64,000 nucleotides of DNA from an uncultured Verrucomicrobiae bacterium (GCA_963812605.1 CAWEWF010000005.1:160001-224000); one strand, 5' to 3'; shown: positions 32,520-41,530, counted from the first letter of the stretch. The notes: a model not told the origin generated them from the sequence alone. Made by a program: numbers and translations.

Positions 32520-32843
32520 ATGAACATCAAAACCATTGCCCGTTCTGAATTTGACGAATTGGTGCCTGATTACCCGGCCCTGGCGCGGCTGATGGTGGAG
32601 CCGGTTGAATGGTTTTCCAATCGGTCGGGCACCCTGGTCGCCGCGATAGCCCGGGGCGATGGCGTGGCGAGTTGGAATTACGCCATCTTGAAACGGGACA
32701 AGAAAGGCGATTTCCACGTGCGCAAGGTGATGAACAACCTTTTCAGCCTGAAGGCCGCCAAGGTTGATCTCTTGCTTTCGATGGCGGAGATAGGGATCAG
32801 CCAGCCCGATCCGGTGACCTCTTCTATTTTATCCGGATCGTGA
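32520..32843 (+). CDS. Hypothetical protein
   Basis: 107-aa ORF with ATG start and plausible composition. Confidence 0.55.
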   Translation: MNIKTIARSEFDELVPDYPALARLMVEPVEWFSNRSGTLVAAIARGDGVASWNYAILKRDKKGDFHVRKVMNNLFSLKAAKVDLLLSMAEIGISQPDPVTSSILSGS

Positions 32844-32896
32844 TTGGCAGAGGCCACAAAAGCCCGTATTGATCTGGCATTCTAAGGAGCTGCGAG

Positions 32897-33166
32897 GTGG
32901 CATTTGTTACCTTTACCGCTGACGTGGTGGCAAAGAGCAAGGCGGGACCGGTTTTCAAACGCGTTCCCGGAATCATTCTCGAAGGTATTGAGCATCGGTG
33001 CTCCGAAATCGTTTCGGAGATGCGCTGCCCCCGCCATCAGCAAAGTGCCGAAGTCCTGGTTGACGTCGAGAATCCCGACCAACTGGAAATTGAGATCGTC
33101 TGTTGTTGCAATCGATTCGCAACCCGTGTGCGCGAGGCCCTGAACAAATCGCTCGATCAACGCTGA
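32897..33166 (+). CDS. Small hypothetical protein with CPxH and CC motifs
   Basis: AAGGAG RBS; MRCPRH...IVCCCNRF. Confidence 0.55.
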   Translation: MAFVTFTADVVAKSKAGPVFKRVPGIILEGIEHRCSEIVSEMRCPRHQQSAEVLVDVENPDQLEIEIVCCCNRFATRVREALNKSLDQR

Positions 33167-33208
33167 GTCGAATCACGCACATTTATATCGCAGCAGGGAG
33201 CGTCGACA

Positions 33209-34018
33209 TCACGGCCCTTTGGAGGAATCAACTGCGGGTTTGTTCCCGAACTGAAACAAACTGTTATCAAATGTGAATTGGTAGGCGATGTAACATTGGA
33301 ACTGCGTCGGGCCGTCAATGGACCGGCCAGCGGAGAAAAGCAAGTGATGCTGCTCAGTGAGGTCGATGACCGTGCCGATATTGAACGCGGTGCCGGCGTT
33401 GGGAAAGTCCACTTGCAGGGACGTTTGATGATATACCTCCACGCCGATGAGGACATTGGTCAAGACCTGTTTTTGCAATACGCCGCCCACAAAGCCCCAA
33501 TTTCCTTTGCCAGAAAAGGAATTGATGCCGTAGCCGCCGCCACCGTAAGCCGTCCATGAACCCCAACTCTTTTGCGCCCACACGGGCACGAACGCCTGTA
33601 GATGGCCCGTGCCGAGATTGTCTTTGGCGCTGCCCGAGGGAACTTCCAGCAGCGGGAAAACGCCCACTTGCGGCAGCCATTCGGTCTCCTGAATGAAGCG
33701 GAATTTCGCGCCCAGTTCCGTGTCACCATAACCGTAATGGGCGCTGCCGGCGGAAGGCGCGTCGTACGCCAGCGGCGCAATCAGATGGAGCTGCACGTTG
33801 GAAATGATGCCATAGTTCAGCTCGAAATGCGGCCCGGTACCCGACCAATCGCCGGGGACCTTGGAATCCTGGGAGGCGATATAGAATTCCCAATGTTGGT
33901 AGTCCACGGGTTCGGGGTCGTCGGTGAAGAATGGAGGGCCACCGAAAGTGTTTCCGACGAGGGTTACGCTGAGGATCGCCAGTTGAGCTACAACGGCCAG
34001 GCATCGTGTGGTTCGCAT
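33209..34018 (-). CDS. Putative outer-membrane beta-barrel transporter (MetA-pathway-like)
   Basis: Signal peptide, GPPFFTDDPEP, GYGDTELGAKFRF, alternating beta-strand pattern. Confidence 0.75.
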   Translation of the reverse strand: MRTTRCLAVVAQLAILSVTLVGNTFGGPPFFTDDPEPVDYQHWEFYIASQDSKVPGDWSGTGPHFELNYGIISNVQLHLIAPLAYDAPSAGSAHYGYGDTELGAKFRFIQETEWLPQVGVFPLLEVPSGSAKDNLGTGHLQAFVPVWAQKSWGSWTAYGGGGYGINSFSGKGNWGFVGGVLQKQVLTNVLIGVEVYHQTSLQVDFPNAGTAFNIGTVIDLTEQHHLLFSAGRSIDGPTQFQCYIAYQFTFDNSLFQFGNKPAVDSSKGP

Positions 34019-34031
34019 GGGGCGTGTTTTG

Positions 34032-34352
34032 TCAGTCGCCGATCAAATAGAACCCGATGATGATCAGCCCGCCCGCCACCACTCCCGCCATGAGTGTTCC
34101 GATCAAGCGGTTGGCGGAGATCTGGATTCCCCGCCCACTGTTGGCCCTGGCGAACAGCCAGCCGAACAGGGCAAACAGGACAAGGACGATGGCACTATGA
34201 GAAACCCAGTGATGGCCGGTGAGTTTTTGCAGTCCCGCCAAGACGGCTGGAATCTTCTCTTTCGCGACGACCAGCAACGCATTGATCACGCTGGCAAGCG
34301 CCGCGGATAGCCCGAAGGAGATTGTATATTTTGAAACGCTGGTGTTTTCCAT
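34032..34352 (-). CDS. Hypothetical 3-TM membrane protein
   Basis: Hydrophobic helices, TGHHWVSH motif. Confidence 0.7.
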   Translation of the reverse strand: MENTSVSKYTISFGLSAALASVINALLVVAKEKIPAVLAGLQKLTGHHWVSHSAIVLVLFALFGWLFARANSGRGIQISANRLIGTLMAGVVAGGLIIIGFYLIGD

Positions 34353-34373
34353 GTTCGGTCTTCTTCTCGATTG

Positions 34374-34829
34374 TCACTTCGCCAGCAAGGCCACTTTCAC
34401 TCCCATCGCAATGATTGCGCCTTCGCCTTCCATCATCAAGGCCAGCAGGGCAATCGCGCCGGCCACCCACAGCACCACCCGTCGCGCGTCTTGATTGGCC
34501 GCCAGGTTGTTGGAGGCGGCGATCGGGAGATAGGTGACCAGCAGCAACAGCATGATGACCAAGTGTTCCTTTGTCTCCATGAAGAAACTGTGGGCGAAAG
34601 GCCATGGTCCCTTGAGGATGATGGTTTTATCCACCTTGTAGAAGACGACGTACCAATAGCCGGCAGTACAAAAGGCCAACCACATGAACACCGCGGCGGC
34701 CCGAGACAGGCTCCGGATCCGGGCTTGATTGGTTTCCGAGGCGTGCAGCACATCGACGAAGATCCACACGGTCGTGATGATGCAAGCCATCCCAAACGCC
34801 ACATGCGCCATCAAGATCAGTTCAGTCAT
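34374..34829 (-). CDS. Hypothetical 4-TM membrane protein
   Basis: AHVAFG, GYWYV, PWPFAHSFFMETKEH. Confidence 0.7.
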   Translation of the reverse strand: MTELILMAHVAFGMACIITTVWIFVDVLHASETNQARIRSLSRAAAVFMWLAFCTAGYWYVVFYKVDKTIILKGPWPFAHSFFMETKEHLVIMLLLLVTYLPIAASNNLAANQDARRVVLWVAGAIALLALMMEGEGAIIAMGVKVALLAK

Positions 34830-34933
34830 AATTCGTTGCCGGGCGAAATAATCTCCGCTCCCGGTCGATTTAGCCATCAAATCTTGCGCATTCGAGCTCC
34901 CGTGAAATGCGGCTAGGGATGCGGACCGGGGCG

Positions 34934-35070
34934 GGAGTCAGAAGCCGGTAGCCAAGTAGCCAGTAGCCAAGGGGCGGAAAGCGGAAAGCGAGAAGGGAGG
35001 AGATGAACGCCGAACGTTCAACTTTCAAAAAGGGAAGGCCAACCGCGAATTTACACGAATGGACGCGGAT
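34934..35070. repeat. Stack of different short tandem repeat tracts
   Basis: (GTAGCCA)x3, GCGGAAAGCGGAAAGCG, AACGCCGAACGTTCAACTTTCAA, AACCGCGAATTTACACGAATGGACGCGGAT. Confidence 0.6.
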
Positions 35071-35224
35071 GGGGAGGCGCGTCGATGCTGAAATCCGCCC
35101 GTTGCTTGTTAGACTGCCAGCACTTCGGAGGCCCCATGTGAACGCGAGCGATGGAGAGGCGGAAGGGTACCTGTGCCCCTACGGGAGCCTGTGAGGGAGT
35201 CGCCGGCGCAGTGAAGTTGTAATA

Positions 35225-37114
35225 TTATTCTTGGATCTTCGCCTCTAGCAACAGGGGCACGCGATTGGGAAACAGCAGCGACGCGATGGTACAGAGGGCT
35301 ATACCCTCGTTGGAGAATTCTAATGTTTCAGGTCCAAAGCTCTCTGTGATCGCCGCGTCAAATTCCTTCTTAAAATCTGCAACTGTCCATACACCGAATC
35401 CAATCCGGTGTGAGTAGTTCATACCCTCCTCAATCACGCTGCGACCAAATTGTCGATAATCAGATGGAATGAAGAACGTCGATGACTTCCGATCAAGCGA
35501 CCGCAGATCCCACGCATTACCGAAGCCAAGCTTGGCGCCAAACAGTAACAGTACAGGAAGAAGGAGAGATGTATTTACGGGTCGCCAATCCTTCGGCCGG
35601 TGCTCCTTTGGACCCATTGACAGAATGTATTCGAACGCCCAAGCACCATCAACGTCGGCGCGGGTGATATTTCCACGCCGTTCGGCGAAGCTGGCAAAAT
35701 ACATGTTGATAACTCGCTCGGCCATCTCCCTCTTTTGCTTCAAGAGGCAAGCCTTTATGAAAACATATATTGGGGCTGCCTGTTCATCAGACACTGCCAC
35801 AATCGAATCCCCGTACCTTTGAAGGATCTCAGATGCTAGTTCGAAGTGATGTGTATCGGCTGTATGGAGATCGGGAAACAGGGTATTGAGAATTACGGAT
35901 AAACCAATCCATCCCAATGTTTTTGTGATTCGCAAGGGCAAATAAAATAATTCGGCTGACGGGCTCAAACCGCTCATAAGTGCATACTTTCCCGCCTTGA
36001 CGGAACTCAGCAATCCGTCCCAACTGTTTGAGTCCAGTTCTAGCATTTCTTGAAGCGCGCCGCGTGTGTAGTTTCTGACCTGTTCGATGTCGATCACCGG
36101 GAGAAGAGACAGAGTGCAGGCGGCAAGACATTGTGATACCGCGAACAGCTCCGATGATTCGTCCGCTCTAGCACACAATGTGCGACCAAGACCTTGTACA
36201 AAAGAGATCTTGGTCTGTACATCGTCGCCCGCGTCACGAAGTACGCTGTCGAGGAGATCGAGCAAGCGTCGAGGATTTGGGTCATCCTTGATAAGGCGGT
36301 ATTCGTCCCAAAAGAGTGGGGATTGTTTGCGGACTCGCTTACCGAATTCAGACAGCGGGTTGACACTATCGACCGGAAAGCTGTATTCCCCAACGCCAAC
36401 GTCGAAATGTGGATTTCGCGCAAAACGGCCATTGCCGAAGAGATTGAGCCCCCATGAGATCGGTTTTTGTCCCACTCCCTTGGCTGATATTGAACGTGAC
36501 ACAATCGCCCCAACCTCAATCAGGTCTAGGAACGGTTGTTGCGTCTGAACTACTTGCTCGCCGGTTAAGCACTTGATCAAGGCTCTCGTCATAACACTTC
36601 CGTCAGAGCTGTCTCCCGCGAATTGCTCGGATGAGCAGGCACCAAGAAAGGCTACACTCGAAGCTTCGGACGAACCAATAACCTCTGGCTTCAAAAGCTG
36701 GTTCAAGTCGAAAGATGAACCCCCGGCTTGGCAGGCATCAACAATTATATTCACCTGGTTCGGGTGAAATTCGTTGATAAGAGTGAAAAGGGAAGTAATC
36801 GGGAAGGCGGTCGTCGAAAGACGGTCCGGATCGGAATTGCGCGTGCAGAGAAAAAAACTGCCCGCCTTTACTCCGCCGTGGCCCGAAAAGAAAACCGTGA
36901 GGACCCCGACTTCTTCGCCTTGAGGAAACGCTTTATCGAGAGCGCTGATTATGTCTGTTTCGGTTGGCGAAAGAAGAAGCTGCGATGTTTCTGCTACGTA
37001 GTGCGGATTCTGTCCGACGAGGGCACTGTACACGTCTTTCGCATCCTTTTCTGCCCCACGGAGTGCTTTCAGGTGGGTATGTGAGTTACATCCTATAGAG
37101 ATGAGGACGTTCAT
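35225..37114 (-). CDS. Caspase-family (peptidase C14) protease with large uncharacterised C-terminal domain
   Basis: LISIGCN..LRGAEKDA; catalytic dyad FFSGH79G and IVDAC128QAG; intact 629-aa ORF; visibly more AT-rich. Confidence 0.9.
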   Translation of the reverse strand: MNVLISIGCNSHTHLKALRGAEKDAKDVYSALVGQNPHYVAETSQLLLSPTETDIISALDKAFPQGEEVGVLTVFFSGHGGVKAGSFFLCTRNSDPDRLSTTAFPITSLFTLINEFHPNQVNIIVDACQAGGSSFDLNQLLKPEVIGSSEASSVAFLGACSSEQFAGDSSDGSVMTRALIKCLTGEQVVQTQQPFLDLIEVGAIVSRSISAKGVGQKPISWGLNLFGNGRFARNPHFDVGVGEYSFPVDSVNPLSEFGKRVRKQSPLFWDEYRLIKDDPNPRRLLDLLDSVLRDAGDDVQTKISFVQGLGRTLCARADESSELFAVSQCLAACTLSLLPVIDIEQVRNYTRGALQEMLELDSNSWDGLLSSVKAGKYALMSGLSPSAELFYLPLRITKTLGWIGLSVILNTLFPDLHTADTHHFELASEILQRYGDSIVAVSDEQAAPIYVFIKACLLKQKREMAERVINMYFASFAERRGNITRADVDGAWAFEYILSMGPKEHRPKDWRPVNTSLLLPVLLLFGAKLGFGNAWDLRSLDRKSSTFFIPSDYRQFGRSVIEEGMNYSHRIGFGVWTVADFKKEFDAAITESFGPETLEFSNEGIALCTIASLLFPNRVPLLLEAKIQE

Positions 37115-37746
37115 ACTAACTGGTCGTATCGCGCCATGCGCTTCTCTTCCCGCTGCAACGCTTCTCTCTCCTTCAGTTCCTGAGCTTGCCTGATTGTTTC
37201 CTGAAACTCTGGCCCTCGCTCGGCGATCTCCCGCTGAAGCTGCTCTTGGTAGCCTTCGCCGAAGAGATAGATATTTGGTGTGGACACTTTCCCATCAGAC
37301 CCAACACTTACATCGCTCTTACGAACCATCTCCAAGAATGCATCTGCGAGGGAACCACCCTGCGGCACCGGAACTGTCATCCCAATCTTGGTTGTTTCTT
37401 CGAGAATCTGGTCAACTAATTGTTGTTCAAACGCGCCAGCTGTTTTGTGGATGAAGTCGGAAATTAATGTCAGATCGTTTGCGAGTACGCGACTGAATTC
37501 AATTCGGCAATCCACACTGCGATGCTCAACCGTGCCAACACAGCGGCTGAATTCATCCATCTGATGTCTTTGGAAGACCCACTTCCTTCCATGATACAGC
37601 GTTTCTTTGTTCTCTCGAGCAACGTGCCTTTCTATTCGAGTGTCTAGTTCTCTGATCAACAAGAGGACGAGTTGGCGCTCGAATTCACGCGACTCCTTCT
37701 CTGCCGCAAAAGGCAACTTTTTGGTTGGAGGCTGTTCGTTATTCAC
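37111..37746 (-). CDS. Hypothetical protein, possible truncated HK97-fold (capsid-like) partner of the caspase
   Basis: 211 aa, GTG start, ATGA overlap with the caspase gene. The capsid-like pattern is an inference from residues 73-170. Confidence 0.75.
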   Translation of the reverse strand: MNNEQPPTKKLPFAAEKESREFERQLVLLLIRELDTRIERHVARENKETLYHGRKWVFQRHQMDEFSRCVGTVEHRSVDCRIEFSRVLANDLTLISDFIHKTAGAFEQQLVDQILEETTKIGMTVPVPQGGSLADAFLEMVRKSDVSVGSDGKVSTPNIYLFGEGYQEQLQREIAERGPEFQETIRQAQELKEREALQREEKRMARYDQLV

Positions 37747-37823
37747 GGTGGTGCTAATTTAGGCGAAGACAGCGGAAAAACAACACCGAGGACAGGGTGG
37801 GGGGCTCTCCCGGTGATTATGGC

Positions 37824-38063
37824 TCAAGCTATCTGCTTGGTGGAAAAATTGTAGCCGACGGCTTCGAGGAGTTGTTCGATTTCTTCGATGGCTACCTTGG
37901 GGCTGAAGGAGAAGGCGATGAATTCTTTGCCTTCGGCGACGGAAATGGCTTCGTCCGCCTTGATTCCCTCGCCGCGGAGTTCGGAGCGGAACTGGTTGGC
38001 TTCGATGCTCAGAATCGAGGTGGTAAAGCTGCGATCTTGTTTTTGTAGGACAGTGGCTTTCAT
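37824..38063 (-). CDS. Small hypothetical protein (possible ferredoxin-like/HMA-like fold without Cys)
   Basis: 79 aa, ends FSFSPKVAIEEIEQLLEAVGYNF. Confidence 0.55.
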   Translation of the reverse strand: MKATVLQKQDRSFTTSILSIEANQFRSELRGEGIKADEAISVAEGKEFIAFSFSPKVAIEEIEQLLEAVGYNFSTKQIA

Positions 38064-38197
38064 TCTTTTTCTCGTTTCCCCGCGTTTTAGTTCCGACGGT
38101 TTGTGGCGTCCGTGCACCGTTCAACCCTGTCGGCTGGAATAGCAACTTTCCTTTAAGGGCATTTACCGTGCCGGTAACGGGGAAGGCGGCAACGACT

Positions 38198-38358
38198 GAG
38201 ATCCTTCGACAAGCTCAGGATGACAACCGAAGGAAAGGGAAAGACGGCAACCGGGACGGTCGCCCTACAATTCGGAGGCGGCGCGGTCGGGCTCCGAAAG
38301 CGTTCGGGGTAAAAGACCGGCGCCGAACAGGATCCACAGGCAGGGACGCCTGTGCCAC
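38198..38358. repeat. Stack of four different REP-like palindromic units
   Basis: GAGATCCTTCGACAAGCTCAGGATGAC (38198), GGCAACCGGGACGGTCGCCCTAC (38246), GCTCCGAAAGCGTTCGGGGT (38291), CACAGGCAGGGACGCCTGTGCCAC (38335). Confidence 0.75.
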
Positions 38359-38381
38359 CATAAAGAAACGGCGCGGGCGGA

Positions 38382-39587
38382 CTATTCGCTCAGTTTCAGG
38401 GATTCGACGCCGATTATGTTGGGGTTGCCATCTTTGATGGCGGTGAGGAGTTTTTCGCTGGGTTCGGCGTTGAGCTGGATGCGGCAGCAGGCGGCGGCAG
38501 CGCCTTCGAAGATGATGTTTTGGACTTCCTCGATGTTGGTGTTGGCGCGGCGGATCTGGTCCATGACATGGGCGAGGACGCCGACGCGGTCGTAATGGCG
38601 GACGACGAGCTGCCATTTGGCGGGGGTACGGGTGGCGAGGTTGACGCAGTTGGGAACGGCCCCCGTCTTGACGTAGGTTTCGATGATGCGGATGGCTTCC
38701 TCGGCGATGGCTTCCTGGGCCTGTTCGGTGGACGCGCCGATGTGGTGCGTGCCGTAGAGATTCGGCTGGTCGAGGATCGGGTCGGCGAATTCGCCCGCGG
38801 TTTCGGCGGGTTCAGGATCGAAGACATCGAGGCCCGCGCGGATTTTCTTCGCGGCGAGCGCGGCGGCGAGGGCAGATTGATCGATGACTTCGCCGCGAGC
38901 GGTATTGATGAGGATCGCATTGGGTTTCATCAGGGCAATGCGCCTGGCGTTGACGAGTTTTTTGGTTTCGGGTTTCAACGCGACGTGCAAGCTGATGATG
39001 TCGGCGCGGCGGAAAAGCGTGTCGAGGTCGGGACAGTACTCGACTTCGAGGTCGCGGGCCCTTTGGAGGTTGAGGGAACGCGACCAGGCGATGACATGAA
39101 GGCCGAAGGCGTGGGCGCGCGTAATGACCTCGCGGCCGACCTGGCCGACGCCGATGATGCCGAGTGTTTTGCCAAAGACGCCGTCGGCTTTGCTGAATTC
39201 CTTCTTGTTCCATTGATGAGCGCGAAGCGCGGTGACGTTCTCGGCGAGACGGCGGTCGAGGCCGAGCAGGAGCGCGAAGACCAACTCGGCGACCGCGACG
39301 GAGTTTTTGCCGGGGCAATTGCTCACATAGACGCCGCGGGCGCTGGCGGCCTTGACGTCGATGGTATTCACGCCCGCGCCGGCGCGGACGATGACGGCGA
39401 GTTGGTCGCCGGCCTTGATCGTCTCGGCGGAGACTTCTTTGCTGCGGACAACGAGGACCTGGTAGGGGGCGATGAGTTTGGGGAGTTCCCCGGCTTTGAC
39501 GGCGGGCTTGTAGGCGACCTCGCAGCCGAGCTTCTTGAGTTGGTCGAGATGTTTCTCGGAGAACTTGTCGGCGATCAGAATTTTCAT
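38382..39587 (-). CDS. serA: D-3-phosphoglycerate dehydrogenase-like protein with C-terminal ACT domain
   Basis: LVVRS, RAGAGVNTID, GVGQVG, INTARG, THHIGASTEQAQ. Confidence 0.85.
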   Translation of the reverse strand: MKILIADKFSEKHLDQLKKLGCEVAYKPAVKAGELPKLIAPYQVLVVRSKEVSAETIKAGDQLAVIVRAGAGVNTIDVKAASARGVYVSNCPGKNSVAVAELVFALLLGLDRRLAENVTALRAHQWNKKEFSKADGVFGKTLGIIGVGQVGREVITRAHAFGLHVIAWSRSLNLQRARDLEVEYCPDLDTLFRRADIISLHVALKPETKKLVNARRIALMKPNAILINTARGEVIDQSALAAALAAKKIRAGLDVFDPEPAETAGEFADPILDQPNLYGTHHIGASTEQAQEAIAEEAIRIIETYVKTGAVPNCVNLATRTPAKWQLVVRHYDRVGVLAHVMDQIRRANTNIEEVQNIIFEGAAAACCRIQLNAEPSEKLLTAIKDGNPNIIGVESLKLSE

Positions 39588-39756
39588 GTTGATCTCCCGC
39601 AGGCGAAGGAATGCTGTGGGCGAAGGATAGAGCAGGGCGGCGGCCATTGGCAAGCGCGGTTGCGCCAGCATTACAAGCGCGCAACGGATTGTGTCATAAT
39701 CCGCAATCGTACGCTTGCAATGGCAGTCGCGAACCGGTACATTGCGCGGCTTGGAG

Positions 39757-40185
39757 ATGAGCCCCGCAGCCTCAGGAGAAGAAGCGAAATCGGCGTCCAC
39801 CGGCAAGAAGTTACGCGTGCTGGTGGTCGACGACCAGCCGGCGGTGTGCGAGGTGGTGGCCGACAGCATTCAATACGCGGGGCACGAAATTGTCGGCACT
39901 GCCAAGGACGGCATGGAAGCCGTGACGCGGGCCAAGGAATTGCAGCCCGACCTGGTGGTGATGGACATTTCGATGCCGCGGATGAACGGCGTGGAGGCGA
40001 TGAAGGCGATCCTGGCGGCGGGATCGGCGAAGAAGGTGTTACTGATGTCGGGCGAATACCGGTCGCTGGGCGTGACGCGCGACGAGATGATGCGGCATGG
40101 GGCGTCGGGTTTCATGGAGAAACCGTTCAACGTGACGGAGTTATTTGATATGCTGGACCGCTGGGCAGCCGAGGTGTACCGATGA
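39757..40185 (+). CDS. Single-domain response regulator (CheY-like)
   Basis: VLVVDD, DLVVMDISMPRMNG, KPF. Confidence 0.9.
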   Translation: MSPAASGEEAKSASTGKKLRVLVVDDQPAVCEVVADSIQYAGHEIVGTAKDGMEAVTRAKELQPDLVVMDISMPRMNGVEAMKAILAAGSAKKVLLMSGEYRSLGVTRDEMMRHGASGFMEKPFNVTELFDMLDRWAAEVYR

Positions 40186-40472
40186 ACAACCTGAGCGAGA
40201 AGAATTTCCAGGCAATCGTCAAGTATGGGCCGATTGCCCTGGGGCTGTGCCTGCTCCTCAACATCTGGGCCGTGATGCGTTACCGCGAAGTTTATCGGGA
40301 TGCCATCAAGTCCGAAGTCAAGCTCCAGCAATTGGCGACGGGGGAACAAATCGCGCAAGCCGTGGTGCAGGAATTCGCCGCGCGCGCCAATAGCGATTCG
40401 CACATTGCCGAGATTTTCCGGCAGGCGCAAGCCCAGGAACAACGAGATCAATTATCCGCACCCACACGATGA
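40182..40472 (+). CDS. Small membrane-anchored hypothetical protein
   Basis: One TM helix plus helical tail; ATGA overlaps on both sides. Confidence 0.6.
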   Translation: MNNLSEKNFQAIVKYGPIALGLCLLLNIWAVMRYREVYRDAIKSEVKLQQLATGEQIAQAVVQEFAARANSDSHIAEIFRQAQAQEQRDQLSAPTR

Positions 40473-40811
40473 GCGCACCGGAAGAAACCCCGAACGAAAT
40501 GCAGGCGGAGCAGCCGATGGATGTGGCCGCGGCGGTCGGGGAGTTGCGCCTGCTGGTGTGCGGACTCGGCGGGGCGCTGATCCTGATGAGCCTGGTATTG
40601 AGCGCTTTCGTGCTCAAGCAGACGCGGGACATCGGTGCGGCGACCAACAATCGGCAGCATCAAATCGCGCAATTGCAGACCACGCAAAGGCCGACCATGA
40701 ACTTATTGAAGGACCTGGCGACGTACAGCATGGGCAAACCCGAGTTGACCGCCCTGTTCACCAAGCATGGCCTTCAGTTTGGGCCTCCCGGCGGCGCGGC
40801 CGCAACATTAG
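40469..40811 (+). CDS. Small membrane-anchored hypothetical protein (3' end uncertain)
   Basis: First ~110 aa of ORF 40469-41575; the rest of that ORF is antisense to rnc. Confidence 0.5.
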
Positions 40812-41530
40812 CTCGATCCCGGGGTCGTCCTGGGTTGGGGAAGAACGGCCGGCAGCGCCGCCAGGGCCGTTTCGGCCGCGATGGTTTCCGCCTGTTTCTT
40901 GCTGGCGCCGTGGCCGCGCCCGATCTCGCGTCCTTCCCACTCGACAATCGCCTCGAAGTACTTGCTGTGGTCCGGTCCCGATTCGTGGATGACCCGGTAG
41001 ATGGGGCCGCTGGGAGAGTGGGCCTGGAGCAACTCTTGCAAACGGCCTTTGGGATTCTGGCGGGGCGTGGTTTGCTTGATGTTCGAAAACTCCTCGGCGA
41101 ACTGGGCGAGGATGAACTTGCGCGCGGCGCGGCCGCCGCCGTCGAGGTAAACGGCGCCCAACAATGCCTCGAAGGCGTCGGCAAGATTGGAGAGCCGCTC
41201 GCGGCCGCCGCTGCCTTCCTCGCCCTTGCCGAGCATCAGGTATTTGCCCAGGTCGATGGCCTGGGCGCGGTGGAAAAGGGTGTGGCGGTTGGCCAGGTGG
41301 GCACGAATCTGCGTGAGTTTGCCCTCGGGGTGCTCGGGATAAAGCTTGTAGATGCGATCGGTGAGGATGAGTTGGAGCACGGCGTCGCCGAGAAACTCCA
41401 GGCGTTGATTGTGGTGATTGCTCTCCGTGCCGCGCTCGTGCGCAATGGACGGATGAGTGAGGGCCTCAACGAGGAGATCGTGGTTTTTGAATTCGTAGTC
41501 GATGGTTCGCTGCAGTTTTTGAAATTGCAT
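40808..41530 (-). CDS. rnc: Ribonuclease III
   Basis: ALTHPS, NQRLEFLGDAVL, ADAFEALLGAVYLDGG, dsRBD NPKGRLQE..SKKQAE. Confidence 0.97.
   Translation of the reverse strand: MQFQKLQRTIDYEFKNHDLLVEALTHPSIAHERGTESNHHNQRLEFLGDAVLQLILTDRIYKLYPEHPEGKLTQIRAHLANRHTLFHRAQAIDLGKYLMLGKGEEGSGGRERLSNLADAFEALLGAVYLDGGGRAARKFILAQFAEEFSNIKQTTPRQNPKGRLQELLQAHSPSGPIYRVIHESGPDHSKYFEAIVEWEGREIGRGHGASKKQAETIAAETALAALPAVLPQPRTTPGSS

Noticed and set aside
37111-37746. Bacterial gasdermin next to the caspase
   Set aside because: No N-terminal Cys/palmitoylation-type start, and the sequence looks largely helical with a charged C-terminal helix, unlike beta-rich gasdermins.
35225-38063. Prophage remnant or encapsulin operon
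   Set aside because: No terminase, portal, tail, integrase or cargo gene; the capsid-like ORF is too short for a full shell protein.
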